A DNA stretch of 64,000 nt from NCBI RefSeq assembly GCF_036399055.1, contig NZ_DASWNX010000033.1, one strand, 5' to 3'. The notes under the pieces were generated by a model. It was not told the origin of the DNA. It saw nothing but the letters and a program-made list of their open reading frames with translations, and did no database searches. Of the stretch, positions 8,781-19,401 are shown in pieces. The position numbers and the translations under genes were made by a program. Position 1 is the stretch's first letter; the number at the start of each line of letters is the position of its first letter. Origin of the DNA: Jatrophihabitans sp. GTDB lineage: Bacteria > Actinomycetota > Actinomycetes > Mycobacteriales > Jatrophihabitantaceae.

Positions 8781-10432
8781 CAGACGTGGCCTCACAAGGA
8801 TCGGCCGAGGGCGACAGCCGGGCGGTCCTGACCAACCGCCAGGGCCATCCGGTCTATGACAACCAGAACCAGCGCACCGTCGGAGCCCGTGGCCCGGCGA
8901 CCCTGGAGAACTACCAGTTCCTGGAGAAGATCAGTCACTTCGACCGCGAGCGCATTCCAGAGCGGGTCGTGCATGCCCGCGGCGCCACCGCCTTCGGCTA
9001 CTTCGAGGCCTACGGCAGCCTGGGCGACGAGCCGATCGCCGACTTCACCCGGGCCAAGCTCTTTCAGGAGAAGGGCAAGAAGACCGAGCTGGCGATCCGC
9101 TTCTCGACCGTGGCCGGGGGCAGGGACTCCTCCGAGCTGGCGCGTGACCCGCGCGGCTTCGCGGTGAAGATGTACACCGAGGACGGCAACTGGGACCTGG
9201 TCGGCAACAACCTGGCAGTCTTCTTCATCCGGGACGCGGTCAAGTTCCCCGACCTCATCCACTCCCAGAAGCCTGACCCGGTGAACTTCGACCGGCAGGT
9301 CGCCAACCGCGTCTTCGACTTCATCAGCCAGACCCCGGAAGCCATGCACATGGTGACCATGGTGTTCAGCCCGCGCGGCCTCCCGGCCTCGTACCGCACC
9401 ATGCAGGGCTTCGGCGTCAACACCTACAAGTGGGTCAACGCCGCCGGCGACACCAAGCTGGTCAAGTACCACTGGATTCCCAAGCAGGGCGTGAAGTCGC
9501 TGACCGCCGAGACCGCGGCCCAGCTGCAGGGACAGGAACTCGGTCACCACACCAAGGACCTCTACGAGGCCATCGAGCGCGGCGAGTACCCGGAGTGGGA
9601 GCTGCACGTTCAGCTGATGGACGACCACGACCATCCCGAGCTGGACTGGGACCCCCTCGATGACACCAAGGTCTGGCCGCAGAACGACTTCCCGCTCAAG
9701 CCGGTCGGCAAGATGGTGCTCAACCGGATTCCGGAGAACTTCTTCGCCGAGAGCGAGCAGATCGCCTTCGGCACCGGCGTCCTGGTCGACGGCCTGGACT
9801 TCAGCGACGACAAGATGCTGGTCGGCCGGACGTTCAGCTACAGCGACACCCAGCGCTACCGGGTGGGCCCGAACTACCTGCAGTTGCCGGTCAACCAGGC
9901 CAAGCACGCCAAGGTCCACACCAACCAGCGTGACGGCCAGATGGCCTACTACCAGGATCAGGCCGGGGAGAACCCGCACGTCAACTACGAGCCCTCGATC
10001 CTCGGCGGGCTGCGCGAGGCCACCTACCCGAGCCATGACGAGCAGGGCCCGGAGATCGTCGGGCGCTTGACCCGCAAGCGGATTCCGCGCACCGACGACT
10101 ACCGCCAGGCCGGCGAGCGGTTCCTGCTCTCCGAGCAGTGGGAGCAGGACGACCTGGTGGCCAACCTGGTCGACGCGCTCAGCGAGTGCGACCGGCCGAT
10201 CCAGGAGCGGATGGTCTGGCACCTGTTCCTCTGCGAGGACGAGTACGGGCGCCGGGTCGGTGAGGGGCTGGGCATCTCCGCCGATGACGTCCGGCACCTG
10301 CCGCCGTTGCAGAGCCAGACGCTGACCGACGCCGAGCGCGAGCGGCTGGCCAACCTGGGCAAGAACGGCTCCCGCGACGTGACCGGGCTGGTCATGACGC
10401 ACTGCGTGCCCAACGAGCAGGTCACCGGCTGA
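8777..10432 (+). CDS. katA: Monofunctional heme catalase
   Basis: [15 protein letters not shown] (distal His), [30 protein letters not shown] (proximal Tyr). Confidence 0.96.
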   Translation: MTDVASQGSAEGDSRAVLTNRQGHPVYDNQNQRTVGARGPATLENYQFLEKISHFDRERIPERVVHARGATAFGYFEAYGSLGDEPIADFTRAKLFQEKGKKTELAIRFSTVAGGRDSSELARDPRGFAVKMYTEDGNWDLVGNNLAVFFIRDAVKFPDLIHSQKPDPVNFDRQVANRVFDFISQTPEAMHMVTMVFSPRGLPASYRTMQGFGVNTYKWVNAAGDTKLVKYHWIPKQGVKSLTAETAAQLQGQELGHHTKDLYEAIERGEYPEWELHVQLMDDHDHPELDWDPLDDTKVWPQNDFPLKPVGKMVLNRIPENFFAESEQIAFGTGVLVDGLDFSDDKMLVGRTFSYSDTQRYRVGPNYLQLPVNQAKHAKVHTNQRDGQMAYYQDQAGENPHVNYEPSILGGLREATYPSHDEQGPEIVGRLTRKRIPRTDDYRQAGERFLLSEQWEQDDLVANLVDALSECDRPIQERMVWHLFLCEDEYGRRVGEGLGISADDVRHLPPLQSQTLTDAERERLANLGKNGSRDVTGLVMTHCVPNEQVTG

Positions 10433-10449
10433 GGCTGGGAAACGCCACG

Positions 10450-10490
10450 AGGGCCGTCCTGCGCTCACGCGCCGGGCGGCCCTTTCGCTT
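10450..10490 (+). terminator. Hairpin after catalase
   Basis: agggccgtcc...gggcggccct followed by ttcgctt, between convergent genes. Confidence 0.55.
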
Positions 10491-11866
10491 CACCTCGTGT
10501 CAGAGGCTCCTGCCGGTGAGCCCACCTCGTCCGAGGCAGGCGCCGCCGGTCGCCCGGCGGCGCCAGACTGCGCGTGGTGCAGGAAGTCCAGGGTGAGCGC
10601 GGCGCTCCAGCTGAAGTCCTGCGCGCCCAGCCCGTCCCCGCTGATCGGATCGAAGTACTCCCGAAAGCCGCCGCGAGCCACCAGAGCCAGGCTCGACTCC
10701 GCGACCCGGTCGGCCAACTCGGTGGCGCCGGCCTGGCAGGCGGCGTGCCAGACCAGCCAGTTGGTGTTGATCCAGGTCGGACCCCGCCAGTACCGGCGAC
10801 GGTCGAAGTGCGGCGAGGCCAACGAGGTGCTGGGCAGCGGGTAATCGCAGCCGCCGAGGAACTCCGGCGACCAGGCCAGGTCCAGGACTGCCTGCCTGAC
10901 CCGCGGGCTCAGCCACGGGTCCAGCAGCGGCACCAGCGAACTGACGGTCGCGACCTGTGACAGGGCCGCGGTCCGGACGTCGCGCGCGGCGAACCGGGAA
11001 TTGCCCGCGTCCCATAGGCGGGCCGTCATGGCGTGGTGCAGGCGCTGCGCGGCCTCGCGGTGCGGCGCCGGGTCCGCGCCCAGGATCTCGGCCAGACGCG
11101 CGCAGCACAGCTCCGCGTCGAGCAGCAAGGCGTTGAACAGCGGATCCTCCACGACGAAGCCATGCTCGCCCAGATTGGCATCGGCGTAGCCGGCGTCCCG
11201 GTACTGGGTGGCCAGCTGAACGTAGGCCAGGTAGTCGGCGTCGGTCGGCCGGTGGCCGGCGTCGACGTGGGAGAGGTCTCGTCGCTGGAACGGCGCGTCC
11301 CCAGCAGGCTCGCCGCCGTGGCGCAGCATGCCGTCCCACATCGGGCTGTTGTCCAGGCCCGACTCCCACGGGTGCACGATGGCCACCAGCCCGGCGCCGC
11401 CGAGGTCGCGCTGCTCATACAGGTAGTTGTGCCACGCACACAGCCGCGGATAGGTCTTGCGCAGGAACTCCCATGCCTCGTCGGAGCCCTCCTCGGCCAG
11501 GTAGGCGGCCAGCACCGCCCGGGCGTGCACCGGCGGCTGGACGATGCCCGACGTCGCGGCCGCGGGCGCGCCGGGGGCGGCCGCGCTGCGCCAGAAGGCC
11601 GGGCCCGGAAAGTAAGCCTCGGGATCGGTGGCGGCGTCGAAGACGATCTGCGGAACCAGCCCGGAGCTCCACTGCCCGAGAAAGAGCGAGCGCAGTTCCT
11701 GCCTGGCCCGACCGGCGTCCACTCGGGCCAGACCGATGCTGATGAAGGCCGAATCCCAGCTCCACTGATGCGGGTACTGATCGCGCGAGGGAAGCGTCGC
11801 CGTTCCGGACCAGTTCGCCCGCAGCACCGCGGCGGCCGCGGCCTCAAGCTCGGCCGAACCGCTCAC
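10490..11866 (-). CDS. MGH1-like / GH63-type glycoside hydrolase
   Basis: YPHQWSWDSAF, HPWESGLDNSP, YWRGPTWIN, GFREYFDP, FSWSAA. Confidence 0.88.
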   Translation of the reverse strand: MSGSAELEAAAAAVLRANWSGTATLPSRDQYPHQWSWDSAFISIGLARVDAGRARQELRSLFLGQWSSGLVPQIVFDAATDPEAYFPGPAFWRSAAAPGAPAAATSGIVQPPVHARAVLAAYLAEEGSDEAWEFLRKTYPRLCAWHNYLYEQRDLGGAGLVAIVHPWESGLDNSPMWDGMLRHGGEPAGDAPFQRRDLSHVDAGHRPTDADYLAYVQLATQYRDAGYADANLGEHGFVVEDPLFNALLLDAELCCARLAEILGADPAPHREAAQRLHHAMTARLWDAGNSRFAARDVRTAALSQVATVSSLVPLLDPWLSPRVRQAVLDLAWSPEFLGGCDYPLPSTSLASPHFDRRRYWRGPTWINTNWLVWHAACQAGATELADRVAESSLALVARGGFREYFDPISGDGLGAQDFSWSAALTLDFLHHAQSGAAGRPAAPASDEVGSPAGASDTR

Positions 11867-12663
11867 CGGCGCTCGGTCGAACGCAGGAAGGCGGCCGCGG
11901 CCGGTATCACTTGCTCAGCCGGCCCGCTGAGCCTGCTCTCCAACGCGTAGTAACCGTCGTAGCCGAGCTCGGTCAGGGTAGCGATCGCCGGCGCCCAGTC
12001 CAGGTGCCCGGCGCCGGGCTCGAGACGGTTGGAATCGCTCACCTGCAGGTGGCCGAGGTGGGAGAAAGCGGCGCGCAGCGACGCGCTGATGTCGGTCTCC
12101 TCGATATCCATGTGGAAGAAGTCAGCCACCACCTTGATCGCCGGGCAGCCGATCTCCTCGATGAGCGAGACGGCGTCCTGCAACCGGTTGACCATGTGGT
12201 CCTCGTAGCGATTCAACGGTTCCAGATAGAGCTCCACGCCCTCTCGCTGCGCGTGACTGCCCAGCGTGCTCAGCGATTCGACAAGCACCTTGCGGTCCTC
12301 CTCGGCTGTGCGAGGCGGGGTGAACGGCGGCAGCCGGTAGCTGAACATCCCCCAGGACGCCGGTGTCATGGCGCCGCGGCCGCCGATCTCAGCGATCACG
12401 CTCAGCTGTGAGGTCATGTTCTTGACCGCGTCGGCCCGCAGCTCGGCGTCGAAGGCCCCGATGAAGTGAGCCATCTCGACGCAGACGGTGGGCATCTGCA
12501 CCCCGCAGCGCCGGGCGCGCCGCAGCTCGGGCAGCCGATCACGGAAGGACAGATTGCCCTTGCCGCGCAACTCGATCGCGTCCCAGCCGTTGTCTTGCGC
12601 CCACTCGAACTTCTCCTCGAGGGTGACGCCCGGCAGCAGTTGCTCCTGGCAGGCGAGCCTCAT
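11863..12663 (-). CDS. Sugar-phosphate isomerase/epimerase (xylose-isomerase-like TIM barrel)
   Basis: LEPLNRYE, DFFHMDIEE, HLQVSDSNRLEPGAGH, ALE metal ligands. Confidence 0.9.
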   Translation of the reverse strand: MRLACQEQLLPGVTLEEKFEWAQDNGWDAIELRGKGNLSFRDRLPELRRARRCGVQMPTVCVEMAHFIGAFDAELRADAVKNMTSQLSVIAEIGGRGAMTPASWGMFSYRLPPFTPPRTAEEDRKVLVESLSTLGSHAQREGVELYLEPLNRYEDHMVNRLQDAVSLIEEIGCPAIKVVADFFHMDIEETDISASLRAAFSHLGHLQVSDSNRLEPGAGHLDWAPAIATLTELGYDGYYALESRLSGPAEQVIPAAAAFLRSTERR

Positions 12664-13715
12664 ATGGCCTTCGGGTTGAAGTCGAGGACGACCTGCAAGA
12701 CCTCGGGGTTGCTCGCGATGAGCTCGAAGGCCTGGCTCACCTCGGCTGCCGGCAGCACCCGGCTCACCAGCGGCAGCGGGTCGACGCGCCCGTCGGCTAC
12801 CAGCCGCATGAACCCGCGGTGCAGCCGTTGCCTGCTCCAGCGGCGCTCGTAGCGCGCGGCCGACCCCGAGATCTGAGACGACACAAGCTCGATGCGGTTG
12901 TGATGGAACTCCTCGCCCAACCGCAGCGCGGTGGCATCCCCCTGGTAGAAGCCGGCGGCGATCACCCGCCCGCTGTACCCGCAGGTGCGAATGGCTTCTT
13001 GCAGGGCCGGATACGAGCCGCTCAACTCGATGCAGACGTCGGCGCCGAGCCCGCCGGTCACGTTCCGGACCGCCGCGGCGGGCGAGTCGGCGGCCAGCAG
13101 CGTGTGCCGGGCGCCGAGCTCGCGGCTGAGCCGCAGCCGGTCGGGCTCGAGGTCGACCGCGACGACGTCCACGCCGCTGAGGGCGAGCAGCCTGGTGGCC
13201 AGCAGCCCGATGACGCCCTGGCCGAACACCGCCACGGTCTCGCCCACGTGCACGTCGGCGTCGATCACCGCGTTCAACGCCACGGCTCCGACCCTGGCGA
13301 ACACGCCTACCAGCGGGTCGATGGCAGCCGGCAATTTCTGGGCCGCCGCGTCCAGCCCGAGCATGACGCCGTCGCTGCGGTGCCCCCAGACCCCCCAGAC
13401 GATGTCTCCCACCTCGACGCCGTCGGTGTCGGCGCCCACCTCGACGACCTCACCAACCTCTTCATAGCCCGCGCCGACGACCGGGTACTTGATGGAGGGC
13501 GCGCCGTCGAGGAACAGCTGGCTGTCGGCGTCCCATCTGCGATGCAGATGCGGGTTGGACCCGGTGTAAGTGGCCATCTCCGTTCCCGAGGAGATCCCCG
13601 AGTAACGGGTGCGCAACCGGACCTGGTCCGGCGCCGGCGTCAGCGGCGCGGTGGGATGCAGGTCCACAGACCTGGCGCCGAGGAACCGGACTACCTCGGC
13701 GGGGGGTTCGGTCAT
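12660..13715 (-). CDS. Zinc-binding/MDR alcohol (sugar) dehydrogenase
   Basis: SGISSGTE, GYEEVGEV, GQGVIG Rossmann motif; ATG 13715 with GGAG RBS. Confidence 0.88.
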   Translation of the reverse strand: MTEPPAEVVRFLGARSVDLHPTAPLTPAPDQVRLRTRYSGISSGTEMATYTGSNPHLHRRWDADSQLFLDGAPSIKYPVVGAGYEEVGEVVEVGADTDGVEVGDIVWGVWGHRSDGVMLGLDAAAQKLPAAIDPLVGVFARVGAVALNAVIDADVHVGETVAVFGQGVIGLLATRLLALSGVDVVAVDLEPDRLRLSRELGARHTLLAADSPAAAVRNVTGGLGADVCIELSGSYPALQEAIRTCGYSGRVIAAGFYQGDATALRLGEEFHHNRIELVSSQISGSAARYERRWSRQRLHRGFMRLVADGRVDPLPLVSRVLPAAEVSQAFELIASNPEVLQVVLDFNPKAI

Positions 13716-13825
13716 CGCTCCAGTCAACGTTCCCACTTAAGTCTTGTCAACCGACCAAAGTAAGGCTTCAATCATGCAGAACTGATTCCTGCGAGAGATC
13801 GCGTCGAGGCGACTGGACGTCAACT

Positions 13826-14746
13826 GTGAAGCTCGGATTCCTCACCGCCTGCCTGCCGGACTGGGAGTTGGACAAGATCGCCGACTGGGCCCAGGCCAGC
13901 GGCTTCCAGGCGCTGGAGGTGTCGGCCTGGCCAGCGATCGATGACCGGCCCTTCACCGCCGCGCACATCGCGGTCGAGCAGTTGAGCCCCGAGCAGGCCA
14001 CCGACCTTCGTGGCCGGCTCGACGAGCGTGGCCTGGTCATCTCCAGCCTCGCCTACTACGAGAACAACCTGCACTGCGATCCGGAGTCCCGAGCCGCCGT
14101 CAACGCCCATGTGCGCGCCTGCGTCGACGCCGCGGCGCTGCTGTCGACGCCCACGGTGGGCACGTTCGTCGGTCGGGACATCACGAAGTCGGTGGCGCAG
14201 AACCTGCGCGAGGGCGAGGTGGTGCTGCCACCGCTGGTCGAGTACGCCGCCGAACGCGGCGTGCGACTCGTCGTGGAGAACTGCCCGATGCAGGGGTGGC
14301 ACCCCGACGCCTACCCGGCCAATCTGGCGTACTCGCCGGAGCTGTGGGACTGGATGATCGGACTCGGCTTCTACCTCAACTACGACCCCTCCCATCTCGT
14401 CGGGCTGGGCATCGACCCGGTCACCGTGCTGCGCGGCCACGTGGGCAAGGTGGCCCACGTGCAAGCCAAGGACATCGAGGTGCTGCCCGGCGCGATCAAC
14501 CGCTACAGCTTCTTCGGCAAGACCCTCGAGCGCGAGGGCCCCTGGGACCACACGTGGTGGCGGTTCCGGATGCCTGGCCTCGGCGAGGTGAACTGGAGCC
14601 GGATCATCGACGTCCTCTACGAGGGCGGCTATGACGGCGTGGTCTCCATCGAGCACGAGGACCCGATCTGGCGCGGCGCCGATGACCGGATCCTGAACGG
14701 ACTGAAGATCGCTCAGCGCACGCTCGCGCCACTGCTCACGGCCTGA
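13826..14746 (+). CDS. Sugar-phosphate isomerase/epimerase TIM barrel
   Basis: VENCPM, NYDPSHL, HVQAKD, RMPGLGEVNW, SIEHED. Confidence 0.9.
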   Translation: MKLGFLTACLPDWELDKIADWAQASGFQALEVSAWPAIDDRPFTAAHIAVEQLSPEQATDLRGRLDERGLVISSLAYYENNLHCDPESRAAVNAHVRACVDAAALLSTPTVGTFVGRDITKSVAQNLREGEVVLPPLVEYAAERGVRLVVENCPMQGWHPDAYPANLAYSPELWDWMIGLGFYLNYDPSHLVGLGIDPVTVLRGHVGKVAHVQAKDIEVLPGAINRYSFFGKTLEREGPWDHTWWRFRMPGLGEVNWSRIIDVLYEGGYDGVVSIEHEDPIWRGADDRILNGLKIAQRTLAPLLTA

Positions 14747-14779
14747 CCAATCGCACGGGGACAAGTCGAAGGGAAACCA

Positions 14780-16174
14780 ATGAAACCACAAGCGTTCGTG
14801 GCTGCCGCGGCGATCGTGCTCGGCGTCACCAGCATCGTCGCGTGCTCGTCCTCGGAGTCCTCCACGGGCAAGGACGGGGCCAAGCAGCTCACCGTCTGGA
14901 GCGAGGAGAACGACGCCGACCGCGTCAAGGCCACCCAGGCGCTGGCCGCGAAGTTCACCGCTGCCACCGGCGTCAATGTCAAGATCGTCGGCATCGACGA
15001 GCAGCAGTTCCAGCAGCTCATCACCTCAGGGGCCGCAGCCGGCAAGCTCCCCGATGTGATCGGCGCGCTCCCGCTGGCCGGTGTGCAATACATGGCCAGC
15101 AACGACCTGGTGAACACCGACGCAGCGCAACAGGTGCTGCAGAACCTGGACACCAAGACCTTCAACGCCAACGCCGTCAGCCTCACCCAGTACAAGGGAA
15201 AGCAGGCGGCGGTTCCCAGCGACGCCTGGGTGCAAATGCTCATCTACCGCAAGGACCTCTTCGACAAGGCCGGCCTTGCCGCGCCCAGCAGCTTCGCTGC
15301 CATCCAGACCGCGGCGCAGAAGCTGAACAGCCCGCAGCTGGCCGGCATCTCGATGGCGACCGTGCCGAACGACTCGTTCACCCAGCAGAGCTTCGAGTAC
15401 TTCGCACTGGCCAACGGCTGCCAGATGGTCGATGACAGCGGCAAGATCACCCTCGACAGCCCGGCCTGCGTCGACACGTTCACCACCTACTCAGACCTGA
15501 TCAAGAACACCTCGGTACGCGGAAATCAGGATGTCGACACCACCCGAGCGACTTACCTCGCCGGAAAGTCGGCGATGTTCGTGTGGTCCTCCTTCGTCCT
15601 CGACGAGATGGCCGGACTGCGCGACGACGCGCTCCCCACCTGCCCGGAGTGCAAATCCGACCCGGCATTCCTCGCCAAGAACAGCGGCATCGTCACCTCG
15701 CTGCAGGGCGCAGGCCAGGCCAAGCCGGCGCAGTTCGGCGAGATCGGGTCCTGGACGATCACCAAGTCCGCCAATGCGGAGGCCGCCGGAAAGTTCGTCG
15801 AGTTCATGCTCAACGACGGCTACCAGGGTTGGCTCGGGCTGTCTCCTGAGGGGAAGTTCCCGGTGCGGCAGGGCAGCTCCGCGGAGCCGAAGAAGTTCGT
15901 TGACGCCTGGGCCGCGCTGCAGACAGGTGTGGACCGCAAGGCCCCGCTGTCCCAGTTCTATCCCCGCGACGTGCTGGACGCTCTGAAGAACAGCCCTGCG
16001 GCCATCGCTCGCTGGGCGCTGCCGCAGGGTCAGGGCGCCTTGCTCGGCGCGACTCTTGGGCCGCTGCCCGTTCCGAAGGCGGTCAACGCCGCGGCCAATG
16101 GCGGCGTCTCGGGTGAGCAGGCCGCCAAGCAGGCGCAGCAGGCGGTCCAGAAGCTGCAGTCCTCGCTGAAGTGA
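14780..16174 (+). CDS. Carbohydrate ABC transporter substrate-binding lipoprotein
   Basis: Lipobox IVAC, LPDVI, LIYRKDLFDKAG. Confidence 0.92.
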   Translation: MKPQAFVAAAAIVLGVTSIVACSSSESSTGKDGAKQLTVWSEENDADRVKATQALAAKFTAATGVNVKIVGIDEQQFQQLITSGAAAGKLPDVIGALPLAGVQYMASNDLVNTDAAQQVLQNLDTKTFNANAVSLTQYKGKQAAVPSDAWVQMLIYRKDLFDKAGLAAPSSFAAIQTAAQKLNSPQLAGISMATVPNDSFTQQSFEYFALANGCQMVDDSGKITLDSPACVDTFTTYSDLIKNTSVRGNQDVDTTRATYLAGKSAMFVWSSFVLDEMAGLRDDALPTCPECKSDPAFLAKNSGIVTSLQGAGQAKPAQFGEIGSWTITKSANAEAAGKFVEFMLNDGYQGWLGLSPEGKFPVRQGSSAEPKKFVDAWAALQTGVDRKAPLSQFYPRDVLDALKNSPAAIARWALPQGQGALLGATLGPLPVPKAVNAAANGGVSGEQAAKQAQQAVQKLQSSLK

Positions 16175-16247
16175 TGTCCCGATACCGCAGCGCGGGCCGC
16201 CTCCGGATCGGCGGCCCGCGGCGTGGACTGTCGCAAGGAGCAGCCGC

Positions 16248-17228
16248 ATGACGAGCACGGCCTCCACCTCGGCACGCCGGGGCCGGACCCGCAGCCTGGC
16301 CCAGCAGGAGTCTCGCGCCGGGCTCGCCTTGATCTTTCCCACCGTGGTGATCATCTTCGTCGTCGTGATCGTCCCGGTGCTCTGGACCGTGATGCTGGCA
16401 TTTCAGGACATCCGGTTGCTCAACATCCGCACCGCCGGCATTTTCAGCTCCTACACCCTGGACAACGTCAAAGACGTCCTGAGCTCGCCGGACCTGCGGC
16501 GATCCCTGATCAACACCCTCGTGTACACGGTCGGGGGGACCGCCACCTCGATCAGCCTCGGGATGGTCGCAGCGCTGGCCGTGCGAACGCCCTTTCGCGG
16601 CAGGACGATCGTGCGCGGGGTCATGCTGTTGCCCTACGTGGCGCCAGTGGTAGCGGCCACGTTCGTCTGGCAGATCATGCTGGACCCGCAATTCGGCATC
16701 GTCAACCACGCCGGTGTCAACATCCTCGGCTGGAACCAGGCGATTCCGTTCCTGTCCGAGCAGACCGGTCAGCTGTCGATTCTCGGATGGCAGCTCACGG
16801 TGCCGACAGCGCTGGTCACCGTGATCGCCTTCGAGGCGTGGCGCTACTTTCCGTTCGCCTTCCTCTTCATCCTGGCTCGTATCCAGGCGATGCCAGGTGA
16901 GCTGGAGGAGGCAGCCCGGGTGGACGGCGCCACGCCGACCCAGCGCTTCCGCCACATCATCTGGCCACAGCTGCAACCGGTGATCGCGATGCTCGCGGTA
17001 TTGCGGTTCATCTGGTCCTTCAACAAGTTCGACGACGTCTACCTGCTGACCGGCGGCGGCGCCGGCACCGAGGTGGTCAGCGTACGGGTGTACCAGCTGT
17101 TGACAGCCCAAGCCGACGTCGGCGGCGCCGCGGCCCAGGCGACGGTGCTCGCCGTGATCCTGGCGATCTGCCTGACCGGGTACTTCCTCTTCTTCGGCCG
17201 CAACCAGAAGCCGGGGGCCTCAGAGTGA
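16248..17228 (+). CDS. Carbohydrate ABC permease
   Basis: EAA loop ELEEAARVDGA; hydrophobic helices. Confidence 0.93.
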   Translation: MTSTASTSARRGRTRSLAQQESRAGLALIFPTVVIIFVVVIVPVLWTVMLAFQDIRLLNIRTAGIFSSYTLDNVKDVLSSPDLRRSLINTLVYTVGGTATSISLGMVAALAVRTPFRGRTIVRGVMLLPYVAPVVAATFVWQIMLDPQFGIVNHAGVNILGWNQAIPFLSEQTGQLSILGWQLTVPTALVTVIAFEAWRYFPFAFLFILARIQAMPGELEEAARVDGATPTQRFRHIIWPQLQPVIAMLAVLRFIWSFNKFDDVYLLTGGGAGTEVVSVRVYQLLTAQADVGGAAAQATVLAVILAICLTGYFLFFGRNQKPGASE

Positions 17229-18184
17229 CCGGCGCCCGTGCGATTCCCGAGCAGCAGGACCGCCGAGTCGAGCGCGTCACCCCGGATCGGCGCCGGCGCG
17301 GGAAGCCGCCGTTCCAGTGGACCCGTGACAACGTCGAGACCTCGGTCCTTCGGGTGCTGCGCTGGCTCGTCATCGCCGGGTTCGTCCTTGCGTGCCTGTT
17401 CCCCTTCTACTACATGGTGTTGCTGTCACTGCGCAGCATCCAGCAGCTGCTGCTGGAGCCGGGACGGTTACTGCCCTCACGCGAGGAGCTGACCCTCTCG
17501 ACCTACACCGCGGTGCTGAAGTCCGTCGACTCCGGCGGCCAGGGCTTTGTGACGTTGATGAGGAACAGCGGCCTGATCTCGGTGCTGACCGTGCTGGTGA
17601 CCCTGGCTGTCTCCATCCCGGGCTCCTACGCCGTCAGCCGGTTGCGCTTCACCGGCCGGCGACAGGTTCATTTCCTGTTCCTCGCCGTGTACCTGTTCCC
17701 CAGCATCGTCCTGGCGATTCCGTTGTTCGTGCTTTTCACCCGCATCGGCCTGCGCGGCAGCCTGGCAGGACTGGTGATCGTCTATATCTCCCAGACCGTG
17801 CCGGTCGCGGTGTACATGCTGCGCAACTACTTCGAGACGATTCCGGCTAGCTTGGAGGAAGCGGCCGCGGTGGACGGCTGCAGCCGGATGCGGATCTTGT
17901 GGAGCGTGTCGCTGCCGCTGGCCAAGCCCGCGATCATGGCGACCTCGCTCTACGTGTTCATGATCGCCTGGAACGAATACCTGTTCGCGCTGCTGTTCCT
18001 GGTCGAGGACCGCTCCCGGTGGACGGTGTCACTCGGCCTGGCGCAACTGTCGGGCAGCATCGAGATACCGACGACAGTGCTGATGGCCGGCTCGGTGATC
18101 CTCACACTGCCTATCCTCATATTGTTCTTCTTCTCCGAGCGGTTGCTCACCGAAGGCCTGACGGCCGGAGCGGAAAAGGGCTAG
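17225..18184 (+). CDS. Carbohydrate ABC permease
   Basis: EAA loop SLEEAAAVDGC; MIAWNEY. Confidence 0.93.
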   Translation: MTGARAIPEQQDRRVERVTPDRRRRGKPPFQWTRDNVETSVLRVLRWLVIAGFVLACLFPFYYMVLLSLRSIQQLLLEPGRLLPSREELTLSTYTAVLKSVDSGGQGFVTLMRNSGLISVLTVLVTLAVSIPGSYAVSRLRFTGRRQVHFLFLAVYLFPSIVLAIPLFVLFTRIGLRGSLAGLVIVYISQTVPVAVYMLRNYFETIPASLEEAAAVDGCSRMRILWSVSLPLAKPAIMATSLYVFMIAWNEYLFALLFLVEDRSRWTVSLGLAQLSGSIEIPTTVLMAGSVILTLPILILFFFSERLLTEGLTAGAEKG

Positions 18185-18201
18185 AAACCGAAGGGCGGCA
18201 C

Positions 18202-19401
18202 ATGGCAGAGGATCAGGAGGCTGAGGGCGCCGGGCTGCCCAACTCCGCCGGCGCCATCTTTCAGCTCTTCCGCGCCGGAACCGTGCGCACCAGAGGAGAG
18301 CTGATATCCCACAGCGGCCTGGCCCGTTCGACGGTGACCAGCCGGGTCGACGCGCTGCTGGGCGCCGGCTTGCTGCGCGAGGCCGGTGAGAACCTGTCCA
18401 CCGGCGGCCGGCCGCCCAAGACCCTCGTCCCGAATTTCGAGGCGATGACGATCCTCGCCGCCGACCTGGGCGCCACCCACGGCAGGATCGCCGTGCTGGA
18501 CGGCGCCGGCCGCGTCATCGCCGACACCGCGCTGGAGTCCCGGATCGACGCCGGCCCCGCCGCGGTGCTCACTCGCCTGGTCGCCCAGTGGAAGCGGACG
18601 CTGCACAAGACCGGACGCCAGGCCTCCTCGCTGTGCGGCATCGGGGTGGGGCTGCCCGGACCTGTGAACGCCGAGACCGGAAGGCTCGTTCAGCCGCCGC
18701 TGATGCCGGGCTGGCATGACTACCCGATCATCGAGTACCTGGCCAAGCGCTTCGACGTGCCGGCGTTCATCGAGAACGACGCCAACCTGATGGCCTTGGG
18801 TGAGGCCCAGCTGGCGCATCCCAACCAACCGTCGCTGCTGCTGGTCAAGGTGGCGACGGGAATCGGCGCCGGCCTGATCGTGGGCGGGCAGATCTACAGC
18901 GGGGCCGCCGGCGGCGCGGGCGACATCGGCCACGTCAAGGTTCCCGCCGCCGCGGGCCTGCGCTGCTCCTGCGGCGCCGAGGGCTGCCTCGCCGCTGTCT
19001 CCAGCGGCGCGGCTCTGGTACGCCAGCTGGCAGCCGCGGGACATGGCGTGCAGAGCAGCCGGGACGTCGCCCGGCTGGTCCAGCTCGGTGACCCCGAAGC
19101 GGTGGCGCTCACCCGCAAAGCGGGCCAGACCCTGGGCGAGGTGATCGCCACCGCGGTCAGCCTGCTCAACCCGTCGGCGCTGATTCTGGGCGGCGACCTG
19201 TCGCTGACCGATGACCACTACCTCAGCGGCCTGCGAGAGGTCCTCTACCAGCGAAGCCAGCCGCTGGCGATCCGGAACCTGCTGGTCGCCACCAGCCAGC
19301 TCGGTGACGAAGCCGGCATCACCGGCGCGGCCGCCCTGGTGCGTCAGCAGGTCTTCTCCGCTGCGGCGGTGGATCGCGCGCTCAGCCGACCGAGTCGCTG
19401 A
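18202..19401 (+). CDS. ROK-family transcriptional regulator
   Basis: N-terminal HTH, TGGRP, IENDAN, GDIGH, CSCGAEGCL Zn motif. Confidence 0.93.
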   Translation: MAEDQEAEGAGLPNSAGAIFQLFRAGTVRTRGELISHSGLARSTVTSRVDALLGAGLLREAGENLSTGGRPPKTLVPNFEAMTILAADLGATHGRIAVLDGAGRVIADTALESRIDAGPAAVLTRLVAQWKRTLHKTGRQASSLCGIGVGLPGPVNAETGRLVQPPLMPGWHDYPIIEYLAKRFDVPAFIENDANLMALGEAQLAHPNQPSLLLVKVATGIGAGLIVGGQIYSGAAGGAGDIGHVKVPAAAGLRCSCGAEGCLAAVSSGAALVRQLAAAGHGVQSSRDVARLVQLGDPEAVALTRKAGQTLGEVIATAVSLLNPSALILGGDLSLTDDHYLSGLREVLYQRSQPLAIRNLLVATSQLGDEAGITGAAALVRQQVFSAAAVDRALSRPSR

